64,000 nucleotides of DNA from Halothiobacillaceae bacterium. GTDB taxonomy: Bacteria > Pseudomonadota > Gammaproteobacteria > Halothiobacillales > Halothiobacillaceae. Shown piece by piece: positions 22,001 to 31,533 of this stretch. Numbering within the stretch: position 1 is the first letter of the stretch; every line of letters starts with the position of its first letter. Position numbers and translations under genes: made by a program. The notes under the pieces are model-generated. The model made no database searches, was not told where the DNA came from, and saw only the letters and a program-made list of their open reading frames with translations. The stretch is from positions 31,174 to 95,173 of the forward strand of contig JBAYRD010000001.1 in assembly GCA_041676845.1 (NCBI GenBank), in the 5' to 3' direction.

Positions 22001-22805
22001 GTGCGTGCAAGGCGTCGGCATCGAGCAGCCAGGCGTCGCGACTGGCCTGTTCGGCCCTGTCCGTACTGCGTTGTTCGTCGGCGAATCGCTCCAGTAGCGT
22101 GGCCGGTGTGGGCAGATCCTTGGAGCAGTACGCCAGGGAGTCGCCGAGGGCCACCGGGCTGCCGTCGCGCCGAATCAGGTCGCGGAGGCGCTCCTTGAGC
22201 TTGTCGGGCGTGTCGACCAGTTGTGCGAACAGGCGGGCGAGGCGATCGTCACCTTGCGCCAATGGGTAGCCGTGGCTGCGCCAGAAGTCTCGGATGGCAT
22301 CACTGATCACCGGTTCAAGGTCGGTGATCAGCTCCTGCTCGAATAACGCCCGGCTGTGGAAGGCGTGCTCGCGCAGCATGCGCTGACAGAAACCGTGAAT
22401 GGTGAAGATCGCCGCCTCGTCCATCCATTCGGCCGCGCGTTGCAGCAGGAAGCCGCCCCGGGCACGTTCGGCCTCGCTGAACTCGTCATGCAGGGCGCGC
22501 AGCGGCGGGTCGACCTCGTCAGGCGCGAGCATGCCGCCAAACAGCCAAGCCGACTGCTGCAGGCGCGCCCGGATACGGTCGCGCAGTTCGGCCACCGCCG
22601 CCTCGGTGAAGGTGCTCACCAGGATTTCCGGTGGGGTCAGCGGTCGGGTATTGCGCTGCTCTGGCCCGCGATGCCCCAGTACCAGCCGCAGGTACAGCAG
22701 CGAGATAGTGAAGGTCTTGCCGGTGCCGGCACTCGCCTCGATCAGGCGGCTGCCCTGCAGAGGAAAAGTGATCGGGTTGAGCTGGGTCGGGTTGAGTTCG
22801 TTCAT
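19008..22805 (-). CDS. recB: Exodeoxyribonuclease V beta subunit
   Basis: EASAGTGKT, IDEFQDTD, TIHGSKGL and nuclease GFIDL...IDWKSN motifs. Confidence 0.97.
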   Translation of the reverse strand: MNELNPTQLNPITFPLQGSRLIEASAGTGKTFTISLLYLRLVLGHRGPEQRNTRPLTPPEILVSTFTEAAVAELRDRIRARLQQSAWLFGGMLAPDEVDPPLRALHDEFSEAERARGGFLLQRAAEWMDEAAIFTIHGFCQRMLREHAFHSRALFEQELITDLEPVISDAIRDFWRSHGYPLAQGDDRLARLFAQLVDTPDKLKERLRDLIRRDGSPVALGDSLAYCSKDLPTPATLLERFADEQRSTDRAEQASRDAWLLDADALHALWQEKRDGLNRTTHREAKTAESLSDWLAGIDAWARGGAELDDKSREKLAEPRMKAKWEPPTHPALNQIGRWHAAAEQVGKELDAIKPVINAFAALWIRERIATLLAGSRSIGFEDMLIQMREAVDTRSNPNAHGMIEAVRAQYPVALIDEFQDTDPLQYAIFSAIYPLGDEAPTSDEHAIVLIGDPKQAIYSFRGADIHSYLTARRATTGRHASLPRNYRSTKALVDAVNHIFELADQHPEGAFRFATDGSETPLPFTPVEAEGKDTRLVDERAGEEVPALTAWISPEEEEWNAGAFRSELAVRTAGEIAAMLNAGQLSQYGFESADGDRTGIEPRDIAVLVRNQEEGKTMRRVLADFGVPAVFLSERSSVFDSTEAADLLLWLEALAEPERSDRIRLAVATTSFALPLDQLEGLLRDEVAFDAVCQRFHQWHRTWRSQGVLAAIMALLHHFAIPARLLAAKERETRRGERRLTNLLHLAEWLQQADHDVDGESALIHRLHQAITEGVEQQEEIRLEQDSEMVRIATIHGSKGLQYPVVFLPFICLLGNDRKDGAKPRRRHRHDLAVWDMEPDELTAKQAARESLAESIRLLYVAMTRAEYACYLGAGPVKIGKANSFNPGKTAFGQFLGFDPSDSCDHAAYLDQLSPWDEDPGIRIETVPEPRDRQEHRFTPPAEPALIGPRQASFGVFEPWWISSFSALTASVGYASPLPAPEEARDEIRLETEMLEAAVTEERVQPVVAEGIHALPRGAQIGTLLHDLIEAIAAEGFAHYAGQPERIRQLLTRSIHPGLRGLDQAQIDVMASWLDRLLLTRWQVPEGNQPMALSELSRFQVEMEFWLTVEAADSGRLDRLIREHIAAGQPRPALSAQAINGMLKGFIDLTVEHDGRYYLIDWKSNWLGPNAAAYSPAALERAVLLSRYDLQFALYLVALHRHLTDRLPDYDYDRHIGGAVYVFLRGIEAADGTTSNAGVYTCRPDRGLIEALDALFTGTLEELA

Positions 22806-25800
22806 GCCTCTTCCTCGGCCACAAGCGCCTTCTGGTGGCTGCCACTGGTAGCCCTGGCCAGCGGCAGGTAGATGGCCAGGGCAATCTCGTCGAAGTCCAT
22901 TCGTGCAGCGATGGCATCAAAATCAGGCCACAGCCGCGTGAGATCCGCGTCGTACTGGGCCGCCTGCTCGAACTCCTTGCGCGCCGCTGCGAATTGGCGT
23001 TGCGAGTCCGCCTGGTTGAGGAGCCAGGCGATTTGGCTACGCGGCTCGGCCGGCAGGGGCTCGCGACTGGCGCGATGCCAGAGCGTGATCAATTTGCTCA
23101 GAATCTCGCGGGCCTGCTCGGGCTTGATCGGCCCCAGGGCGACCGGGCGTTCGGTCAGCGATTCCTTGCGGGCATCCGACTCGCTGATGAGATAGGTGGT
23201 CACTGATCGACCGCTCAGCTGGGCGGCGACATGGGCGGGCCATTCCCTCACCAGCCGGTGCCACCGGAGATTTTTGCCCTTGTGCAGGGCACCGGCCATC
23301 AGTCGGATCCGAACCGCGCCCTCGTCTCCGACGCGAATGTCGTTGATTTCGCCAGTCAGTAGCAGTTCGCCGTCCGAGGCCAGCCGATCGCCCGGGTGAA
23401 ATGGTGGCAGGGACTCAGGGTAGCGCGCCCGGAAGGCGGCCCAGCTGCGTAGCTGCCGGTTGATGGCCTCGCTGTGTGCCCGGCGCAGGGCCTGGTCGAA
23501 TGGCGGTAATGGCAGCTGACCACTGCCGGCAATGCGGTCGAAGGCCGCGTCGACCCAACCGAGAAGGCGTTCCTCGAGTATTTCGGGTGCCAAGGTATCG
23601 ACCGATTCGCGCTGCAGTCGGCTGACCATCCGGTCGAGTAGCTGTCGGCTGAGTTGTGCCTCGCCGAGGGCGTCGAGCGCGAACGGCTCGTCGTCTTCGG
23701 GCGTGGCGATGTCGTATCGAGCGGGCACATCAAGATGCCGGCCGAGATAGACCCGCCAGGGTCTCCTCAACAGCAGAGCGAGATCGTCGATCGACGGCGG
23801 CTGGATTTCGTCGACGCTCAGCGGCTGTCGCCCGGCCGCTGGTTGTTCCTCCGCGCGGTGCACCCGGTGCCATTCCTCGGCATAGCTGAATAGTTCGGGC
23901 CGTTCCTGATCGAAGTACTGTCGGCTGAATGGCTGCAGGGGGTGCTCGGTGGTCAGTATCTCCGATGGCGATTTCCCGTCGTGGCCTCCGGCCAGGGACC
24001 AGCCACGGTCGATATGGTCGCGCAGCTGGTTGACCAGTACCGAAGCCGGACGCTCGTGATTGTCACGGATGCTCCGGCCAACCCAGCTGATCCACAGCCG
24101 GTCGCGGGCGGAGAGCAGCGCCTCGAGAAACAGATAGCGATCGTCCTCGCGCCGCGAACGGTCACCGGGGCGATAGCGGCCCGCCATCAGGTCGAAGTCC
24201 GCAGCCGGTTGACGGCGTGGGTAGGCGCTGTCGTCCATTCCCAGCAGGTAGACCTGACGGAACGGGATGGCGCGCATGGGCATCAGCGTGGCGAAATTGA
24301 TGGCACCGCCCAGAAAACGCTGATTGAGGCGATGCTCATCCAGTCGGTCGAGCCAGGCACTGCGCGCCGTTTCGATACCGATCTGCTGCTCGAAGGCCGC
24401 TGAACGACAGTCGATCAGCCAGCTCGTGGCGGCGTCGAGGATGCGGTCACGCAGCACGAGCGCGGATTCGCGCTCGGCCAGTGGGTTGCCGGAATCTTCA
24501 CCCGGAGGAATGGCTTCGGGATCGAAGAACGCGGTCAGCAAGCTCTCGAATCCGGTTACCCACTCGGTCGGGGTGCGTGTTTTCGACAGATAATCGCGCC
24601 AGCGTTTGAGCGTATCGACCAGGACGTAAAGCGGGCCGACCACCGCAGCACTCATGCCGTCCATGCCAGCGACCGGGACGATGCCCTGCCAGTCCTCGTC
24701 GGCCCCGGCCAGATAGGCGTACAGCAGCCGGTCGAGACCGAACCGCCAGCTGTTCTGTTCAATGCCCGGCGGCAAGCCGAAATCGGGGCGATGCGCACCA
24801 TCCAGCCCCCAACGGATGCCGGCGGTCTCGATCCAGTGACGCAGCAGAGCGACATCGTCTGCGGCGATGCCAAAGCGTGCCCGCAGGGCGTCGACTTCGA
24901 GCAGATCCATGACCTCGCTGGCGGTCAGCCGCGCTTCGGGGAGATGCAGCAGGGTATCCAGCGCCCGCCGCATCGGGTGGGTCTCGCGCTCGGGGCGATC
25001 AGAAATGGCGAACGGCAGATGGCGCGGATCGTCGCGCTCGAGGCGGCCGAACACAGCGCTGACCGCCGGGGCATAGTCGGTCATGTTCGGCACCATTACG
25101 ATCACATCGCGCGGCGTCAGGGTCGGATCGGCATCAAAGGCTGCCAGCAGCTGGTCCTGCAGGATTTCGACTTCACGCAGCGGACTGTGCGCCACGGTAA
25201 AGCGGATGGAAGGATCGGTCAGGTCCAGTTGTCGTTGTTCGGCCACGATCTCGGTCATTGGCTTGAGATCAAGCAGGTCGGCCTGGATCAGCCCGAGCAG
25301 CTGCGAGGACTCGGGTTCGTTGAACAGATCAATATTGAGCGTTTCGCCGCCACGTACACGCTCCGGTGCCTGGTCGAAGGCATCGACCAGTCGAACCAGG
25401 TCCCGGCCTTGCTTCCCCCAAGAGGCCAACAGCGGATGTGCGTGCTGGTGCAGGGCGTGCTCGTCGAGCGAGGCGTCGATTTTCCGCTCCATGATGCGGC
25501 GATAAGCGTCCCGGAACAGATGCCGGTCCTCGACGATGTCGCCCCAGTAATGTCGACAAGGGTTCTGCAGGCAGAAGATCACCTGAGTCCAGCGCGAGAC
25601 CGCCGCCAGTACCTCGAGCACCTGCGGGGACAGGGCAGAGACACCGAAAACCACAATGCGACGTGGCAAATCGGCCGGGCGCTTGCCTGGGTCGTCAGCA
25701 GCCCGTTTGGCCTGTTCGAGGAAGGCCTGGTGGACCAGTGCCCGGCCAGCGTAATTTGTTGGCAGCTGGTCGTAATCGGCTGAAACCGGCGGATGGTCCT

Positions 25801-26410
25801 GCAGATCCGCCAGAATCGCTCGCCATAGCGCAGGCTGCCAGCGTGAGCTGGTTGGTACGACCGCATCCTCGGCCAACAGACCGGGCAGGGCGGCTTCGTC
25901 GTCGGCCCAGCGGGCCAGCCAATCGGCACGGTAGACCTGATACTGGTCGAACTGGTCGGCCAACCGCGCGGCAAGCTGGTAGGCGCGGTGCTCGTCGCCG
26001 TCGATGTAGTGCCGGAGCGGCTCGAACACCGGATCGGCGCTGATCGTCGATGCACTCAACAAGCGGAATAGGCGCCAGGTCAGTCGAGGCTTGTCCAGCG
26101 GCGCCTCGGGTGGCACGGCATCGTGACCCAGCACGGCTCGATAACACTGCCACTGCAGACGGGCCGGCAGCAACAGGTCCATCGCGGTCGCGACCCCCAG
26201 CCCGCCGTCACGCCGCGAGCGGCCCAATGCCAAGCGCAGCCACTGGGCCATACCATTGCTCTGCACCAGAATGCGCTCGTCCTCCAGCGGCGCCAAGGGC
26301 GACCGGTCGAGCCACTGAACCAGCAGATCGCGCAGCCCCTCAAGGCGATTGCCTTGCAGGACGATAAAACCCGGGGTGATCGGGGCGTGGGCAGTCGTGG
26401 AGCGAGTCAA
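22802..26410 (-). CDS. recC: Exodeoxyribonuclease V gamma subunit
   Basis: GNRLE, QFDQYQVYR and TLMPMRAIPF motifs. Confidence 0.96.
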   Translation of the reverse strand: MTRSTTAHAPITPGFIVLQGNRLEGLRDLLVQWLDRSPLAPLEDERILVQSNGMAQWLRLALGRSRRDGGLGVATAMDLLLPARLQWQCYRAVLGHDAVPPEAPLDKPRLTWRLFRLLSASTISADPVFEPLRHYIDGDEHRAYQLAARLADQFDQYQVYRADWLARWADDEAALPGLLAEDAVVPTSSRWQPALWRAILADLQDHPPVSADYDQLPTNYAGRALVHQAFLEQAKRAADDPGKRPADLPRRIVVFGVSALSPQVLEVLAAVSRWTQVIFCLQNPCRHYWGDIVEDRHLFRDAYRRIMERKIDASLDEHALHQHAHPLLASWGKQGRDLVRLVDAFDQAPERVRGGETLNIDLFNEPESSQLLGLIQADLLDLKPMTEIVAEQRQLDLTDPSIRFTVAHSPLREVEILQDQLLAAFDADPTLTPRDVIVMVPNMTDYAPAVSAVFGRLERDDPRHLPFAISDRPERETHPMRRALDTLLHLPEARLTASEVMDLLEVDALRARFGIAADDVALLRHWIETAGIRWGLDGAHRPDFGLPPGIEQNSWRFGLDRLLYAYLAGADEDWQGIVPVAGMDGMSAAVVGPLYVLVDTLKRWRDYLSKTRTPTEWVTGFESLLTAFFDPEAIPPGEDSGNPLAERESALVLRDRILDAATSWLIDCRSAAFEQQIGIETARSAWLDRLDEHRLNQRFLGGAINFATLMPMRAIPFRQVYLLGMDDSAYPRRQPAADFDLMAGRYRPGDRSRREDDRYLFLEALLSARDRLWISWVGRSIRDNHERPASVLVNQLRDHIDRGWSLAGGHDGKSPSEILTTEHPLQPFSRQYFDQERPELFSYAEEWHRVHRAEEQPAAGRQPLSVDEIQPPSIDDLALLLRRPWRVYLGRHLDVPARYDIATPEDDEPFALDALGEAQLSRQLLDRMVSRLQRESVDTLAPEILEERLLGWVDAAFDRIAGSGQLPLPPFDQALRRAHSEAINRQLRSWAAFRARYPESLPPFHPGDRLASDGELLLTGEINDIRVGDEGAVRIRLMAGALHKGKNLRWHRLVREWPAHVAAQLSGRSVTTYLISESDARKESLTERPVALGPIKPEQAREILSKLITLWHRASREPLPAEPRSQIAWLLNQADSQRQFAAARKEFEQAAQYDADLTRLWPDFDAIAARMDFDEIALAIYLPLARATSGSHQKALVAEEEA

Positions 26411-26581
26411 GTCGTCGTGCCTTCCCTATTGGCCGTGAGAACAGTAGTAGATGGTAGTGAATAGCCGTGACTGGCCGAAGTGTATGGGATCCCCGCAGTG
26501 CTTGGTACCGCGCCGACACTGATGTCCTCTCGCCGCCCAGCATATCGCTGGGAAGCGGAGAGGGCAGGGCATCAGAAAAAC

Positions 26582-26616
26582 CCAGTCAATTTGCCGGGGC
26601 CAGTCAATCTGCCGGG
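26582..26616 (+). repeat. 18-bp tandem duplication
   Basis: CCAGTCAATTTGCCGGGG followed directly by CCAGTCAATCTGCCGGG. Confidence 0.75.
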
Positions 26617-27111
26617 CTTGACAGTTATAGAAATCCAGGACCAACCCAGGATATTAGTATTCGTTTAAACAGGATTGTCCGGGTGGCATTGGATTGAAAT
26701 GAAACAGTCGTAGTTTATGCACTTTCGGACAATGATTTGATTCACTGTGGGGCTTTCCATATAAATATGGTCAACCTGGCAGCAGGCCTCGAAGATAGCC
26801 TGGTGTCGGGGTTAAAGCGCAAATGGAATATGTTCAGCAAAGCGACCTATAACAATCGTTGAAGATGAGAGACTGTTTTGTGCTCCGAACGCAGCCTGCG
26901 GGGCCAGGCGACTGGATTGCATGCGACAAAAGGCTCCGAGGCCCTTGCCGCGGAACGGCTTACAGGATCAGACACATGGATTTTTATCGACCATTAGCCA
27001 AGGCAATTGGCCTTGTGTTGGTCAAGTCAACTATTTTCATGCATGGCGTTGGCAACGGATGGCCTAGTAAACGATCAAAATAGAGTGCCTGAAGCCTTAG
27101 AGGAGTATCCC

Positions 27112-27591
27112 ATGATCAAACGTGTTTTGCTGCTTGTCTGTCTGCTGCCTGCGCTGGCCATGACCATGGCCATGGCCAACGAGAATCAGCCATGGGGCTC
27201 GGCTGAACTGACCGAAAAGATATATGCCCCTGCCAAGGTTGTTTATGACGTCAGTGCTGCCGATGCGGTTGAGTTGAATAGTATTATTGGTCGGGTTAGT
27301 CACCTCAATAACGAGTATGCCGGTGATGTTTTCGATGCCCATACCGTGGTGGTATTGCACGGTGATGAGATCCCGTTATTCACGGCCGAAAAATACGTGG
27401 AAAACAAGGAGTTGATGGAGCGGGCACAATCGTTGACTTTGGCGGGGAATATTGAGTTCCGCATGTGCGCTGCTGCCGCCGAACTGCATGGAGTCAAGCC
27501 TGAGGATGTGCATGGTTTTGTAAATATGGTACCGATGGCTGATGCCGAAATTATCGAATTGCAGCATCAGGGCTACGCCTATATGCGGTAA
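27112..27591 (+). CDS. Secreted DsrE/DsrF-like protein
   Basis: GAGGAG RBS, signal peptide, VVVLHGDE and EFRMC motifs. Confidence 0.8.
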   Translation: MIKRVLLLVCLLPALAMTMAMANENQPWGSAELTEKIYAPAKVVYDVSAADAVELNSIIGRVSHLNNEYAGDVFDAHTVVVLHGDEIPLFTAEKYVENKELMERAQSLTLAGNIEFRMCAAAAELHGVKPEDVHGFVNMVPMADAEIIELQHQGYAYMR

Positions 27592-27682
27592 CGGGTTCTG
27601 GCGAGCAGGGGAGCGACCAGAGGTATCGACCAGCACCACCCGCGCCAAGCCGCGCGATGCCGACGAAATGTGAGTCAGTGAG

Positions 27683-29473
27683 TCAAATGCTCGACGATTT
27701 TTTATTCGGCGTGGTCGTGCCGGCAAGCCGCTGGCGCTGCCAACGTTCCGCCACGGCGCTGACTTGCGTCAAGTCGCGGCAGTAGGTCAATGCCCCGGCC
27801 GTCTTGCGGATACCGGCACGACGAAGCTTGACGATCATCTCCGTCGGCAGTCCGACCAGAATGAGCGCCACCCCCCTGCGATGCATTTCGTTGATCATTG
27901 TCTGCAGTGCCACAATCGCCGTGCCGTCGATGCTTAGCACATCGTTCATGTCGATGACGATGGTGCGAATCTTGGGGTCGACCATCTGCAGTGAAGTCAG
28001 CGCCTTTTCGGCCACGCCAAAGAACAACGGGCCGTTGATTTTGTAGAGGGCCACCTCGTCTGGAAAGCTGATGTCCGGTAACTGAGTGTCACTCTCAACC
28101 CACTCAGTGTGGGTCAGCCGGGCCATGCGGCGAATGAACAGCGCAGCGGCGAGCCCGATGCCGACGGCCACGGCCAATACCATGTCGAAAATCACGGTCA
28201 AGCCAAAGCAGGTCACCAGTATCGCCACGTCACTTAAAGGCGCTGAGCGCAGCGTATGCATGAAATGACGGGCCTCACTCATGTTCCAGGCGATGATGAA
28301 CAGCAGCGCCGCCAACGACGCCATTGGCACCAGCCCCAGCAGACCCGCCAACGCAATTATGGTCAGCAGGATTACCCCGGAGTGCACCACGGCGGCAATG
28401 GGAGAGCGGGCGCCGCTGCGAATATTGGTCGCCGTGCGGGCAATGGCAGCGGTGGCCGTGATGCCGCCAAACAGCGGCGCGACGATATTGCCCAGCCCCT
28501 GGCCGATCAGTTCAGCATTGGGGTCATGCTTGGTCTTCGTCAACCCGTCAGCAATAACCGCGCACAACAAGGACTCGATCGCCGCCAGCATGGCGATCGC
28601 AAAGGCCGGGCCGATCAGCGCACGAATCAGATCGAAGTTCAGCACCAGCGGTTCGCCATCCGCTCCCGGCAACAGCCAGGGCGCCATGAATGTGGGTGCA
28701 ATCGGTGGAATACCGCTGCCGGTCTGGCCACCGACCTCCCAGGTAAAGCGCGAAGAAATCGTTTCTATGACAACGTCAGCGCCGCCACCCAGCCACCGAT
28801 TGGCGACGTAGGCCGCGATGGCGCCCACAACCAGCCCGATCATGGGCGCCGGAATGGGTGCTCGCAGGCGCGGCCACAGCAGCATGACAGCCAGCGTGAA
28901 TACCCCGATGCCAAGCTCAAGGGGCGCGATCGTGGGCAGCGAGGCGAAAATTCGCCCGACGTTATCGATGAAATGCTCACCCAACTGCCCAACTTCCAGC
29001 CCCAGAAAGTCAGGGATCTGCAGCGTGGCAATGACCACCGCAATCCCTGCAGTAAAGCCGAGCACCACCGGATAGGGTACGAATTCGATCAACCGGCCCA
29101 TGCGCGTGAGCCCCAGGATCACCAGTATGACGCCGGCCATCATCGAGGCGATCAGCAAGCCGCCCAGCCCGTACTGCTGAACGATGGGAAACAGGATGAC
29201 CACGAAAGCGGCTGTTGGGCCGGAGACATTGAAGCGCGCCCCGCCGGTCAGGGCGATGATGGCACCGGCCACAATCGCCGTGTACAGCCCGTGCTGAGGC
29301 GGTACCCCTGTGGCGATCGCCAGCGCCATGGAAAGCGGCACCGCCACGACCCCGATGGTCAGCCCCGCCATAATATCCTTGCGCAAGTCCGAGAAACCGT
29401 AGCCCTCGTGAAAGGCGTCGCGCAGGCCAGTGGCCATCCGAGGCAGGTTTAGTGAAAAACGGTTGCGTGACAT
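27683..29473 (-). CDS. dauA: SulP-family transporter with STAS domain (DauA/YchM-like)
   Basis: PLSMALAIATGVPPQHGLY, SGPTAAF, ELIGQGLGN and STAS GPLFFG motifs; substrate not determinable. Confidence 0.85.
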   Translation of the reverse strand: MSRNRFSLNLPRMATGLRDAFHEGYGFSDLRKDIMAGLTIGVVAVPLSMALAIATGVPPQHGLYTAIVAGAIIALTGGARFNVSGPTAAFVVILFPIVQQYGLGGLLIASMMAGVILVILGLTRMGRLIEFVPYPVVLGFTAGIAVVIATLQIPDFLGLEVGQLGEHFIDNVGRIFASLPTIAPLELGIGVFTLAVMLLWPRLRAPIPAPMIGLVVGAIAAYVANRWLGGGADVVIETISSRFTWEVGGQTGSGIPPIAPTFMAPWLLPGADGEPLVLNFDLIRALIGPAFAIAMLAAIESLLCAVIADGLTKTKHDPNAELIGQGLGNIVAPLFGGITATAAIARTATNIRSGARSPIAAVVHSGVILLTIIALAGLLGLVPMASLAALLFIIAWNMSEARHFMHTLRSAPLSDVAILVTCFGLTVIFDMVLAVAVGIGLAAALFIRRMARLTHTEWVESDTQLPDISFPDEVALYKINGPLFFGVAEKALTSLQMVDPKIRTIVIDMNDVLSIDGTAIVALQTMINEMHRRGVALILVGLPTEMIVKLRRAGIRKTAGALTYCRDLTQVSAVAERWQRQRLAGTTTPNKKSSSI

Positions 29474-30232
29474 AGACAACTCTCTGAACGTGCCATCCGC
29501 GCCATGGAGGAGGCCTGCAGCAGTACCCCCTGATATGGAATAGCAGCAAAACATGTCAATAACATTGCCATGTTATTTTAATTTCATGCCATGAAGGTGC
29601 TTGGCGGAAGTTCTCATGAGAGAAAAGACAGCTTGCCTGTCCTTATCTGGGCGGCTAGCACAAGAAATGTGCGGCCGAACAGCCATGCGCCCCACAGGAG
29701 GTTGATGCCTTCACAGCCAGGCTCGCCAGCTGATCCGCCACGTAGCGCAGGGTTTTGATCGAAACTTCCATTATAACATCCCAGCACTTTTTATCGATAT
29801 CGAAAATCATGATAAATAAGAAAGGCATCTGTAGATGACAGATATCTGTCCATTTGGCTCGCAGTAGTAGCTTAACGGCAAGGAATTGATATCACTGTCC
29901 CATATTCTAATTTAATCCATCGGAATATTAACGACTCTAGCGGCCAATTACAGGATGATGAATTACACTTCCAGCGAAAGGAAAGAAGAAATATCCGTTA
30001 TTAATATAATAAAAATAATTATGGGATTGATGGAGTTTTCAGGGGCATTCCAGACCTAAATCAACTTTAATTATCCTGATCTTAAATGCCGCCAGGGCGG
30101 TAGTTTGGCATCTGTTCCAAGGTGGTTTCAGGGAAATGTTTTACTGCAAGACCTGACCCCGTGCAGGGTATGGTCCGCAAGCGGATTGTGTGGGCCTGGA
30201 AAATTTGGGTTTGGGAAAACAATAATGAGCAT

Positions 30233-30265
30233 ATAAAAAACCGCCGGATTTATGCCGGCGGCTTT
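30233..30265 (-). terminator. Intrinsic terminator after the IPTL-CTERM gene
   Basis: CCGCCGG/CCGGCGG stem with a T6 tract on the minus strand. Confidence 0.8.
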
Positions 30266-30370
30266 CTGTTTTGTTTTACGAGCGTGGCGGCAGGGCCGCC
30301 AGACTCGTTTTGGCTTTCCAACCACCCATCAGTGGCGGAAGAAGCGGAGGCTCAGGCCACCAAGAGCCAG
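30233..30370 (-). repeat. Copy 1 of the ~140-bp module: IPTL-CTERM 3' end, hairpin and terminator
   Basis: Aligns with 31534-31674; 78 bp (30256-30333 vs 31559-31636) are identical. Confidence 0.95.
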
Positions 30371-31072
30371 CATCAGGAGGCTGAACAGAGCGATACCCCA
30401 GGGCTGCATGGTTGGAATTGAAACAGCCGCACCATCTTCGGGCTGGCTAAGAGGCATAACCGCACGCACCATCAGTGCACGATATTCGGCGGAAGCGCTA
30501 AGGCTACCGATGGTCTCCCATGATCCGGCGTCGTCCTCAGTCGTGAACCACAGATAGCCATTGTTCGACGGCGTGGCAGAGCTTTCATCGGCGGCGATGA
30601 AGACGCCTTCGCCTGTGGATGACGGGTCCCACTGCAGGCCGATGTATACCGGGCCGGCGATCTCCAAACCCAGTGAACTGATGTCGTATGTTTCGAAGCT
30701 GGCTGTCATGGGCGTGGTGCTGGTGACCGGATGGCCCGTTGCTGGCATGCGGCCAAGTTCGGTGCCTGGACTGCCGCCCGTGCCATCGCTGTCCCAAACG
30801 ACGATCTCAAAGTCGAACTCGGTGACGCCACTAGTAGTCATGAACGAGTAACAAACCGAGGTGATCGTCGCCGGATAGGCTGCGGCCTCGAACGGTTCGG
30901 CGAAGCGACCGTCGGTGACGACATTGGGGTTCCAGCCATAGCCGTTCTCGGCTTCACCGTCATCGTGGATGACGATGTCGGCAGTACCCGGTTGGCAGCT
31001 ATCAGCGGCCACTGCCAGGCCCGTGCCTGTGGTAGCCATCATGGCCAGCAATATGGTTATCAATTTTTTCAT
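30329..31072 (-). CDS. Secreted protein with IPTL-CTERM sorting domain
   Basis: Signal peptide; C-terminal SIPTMQPWG, TM helix and basic tail LRFFRH. Confidence 0.85.
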   Translation of the reverse strand: MKKLITILLAMMATTGTGLAVAADSCQPGTADIVIHDDGEAENGYGWNPNVVTDGRFAEPFEAAAYPATITSVCYSFMTTSGVTEFDFEIVVWDSDGTGGSPGTELGRMPATGHPVTSTTPMTASFETYDISSLGLEIAGPVYIGLQWDPSSTGEGVFIAADESSATPSNNGYLWFTTEDDAGSWETIGSLSASAEYRALMVRAVMPLSQPEDGAAVSIPTMQPWGIALFSLLMLALGGLSLRFFRH

Positions 31073-31533
31073 GTGAACTTTTTAAACTCCAATCCAGTGG
31101 ATGGTGGCAGGTGAAATCGATGGATCTCACCTGCTTCGTTCTTCCAGACAGACAGGGCAACGTTTACGGGAAACAGCGAGCACTGTCATATTCCTGCGTC
31201 GGCAAATAGGATGATGTGTATGCCGGTGTCACGGACAGCTGTCCCGTTCTGACCATTAGCCGCCATATCCAAGCACGGCGCAAAAAAAGACGGTCGCCGA
31301 CTGCAGGGATGGCTCATTTATAGCCCGGATCAGGATGGCGCGCAAACAACGCCACTTGCCGTCGTTGTGTGGTAGCGGCTTTCTGTCCGATGTCGCGTGG
31401 GGGAGCGATCTGTTTCAGAACAGCTCCGATTTTTCCCTTTGTCAGGCTTGCAGAGCTTGCGGCTGATGGCTCGGTACGGCAGTTCGTGCCCTGTGATCGC
31501 CAGGCGGATTACCGGTAAAGAGGTGATATGCGC

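Noticed and set aside
26684-26698. TGGCAT...TTGA as a sigma54 promoter
   Set aside because: -24/-12 spacing is off by one and the -12 GC is missing.
30256-30333. Repeated hairpin as an integron attC site
   Set aside because: No complementary RYYYAAC/GTTRRRY outer boxes on either strand and no integrase nearby.
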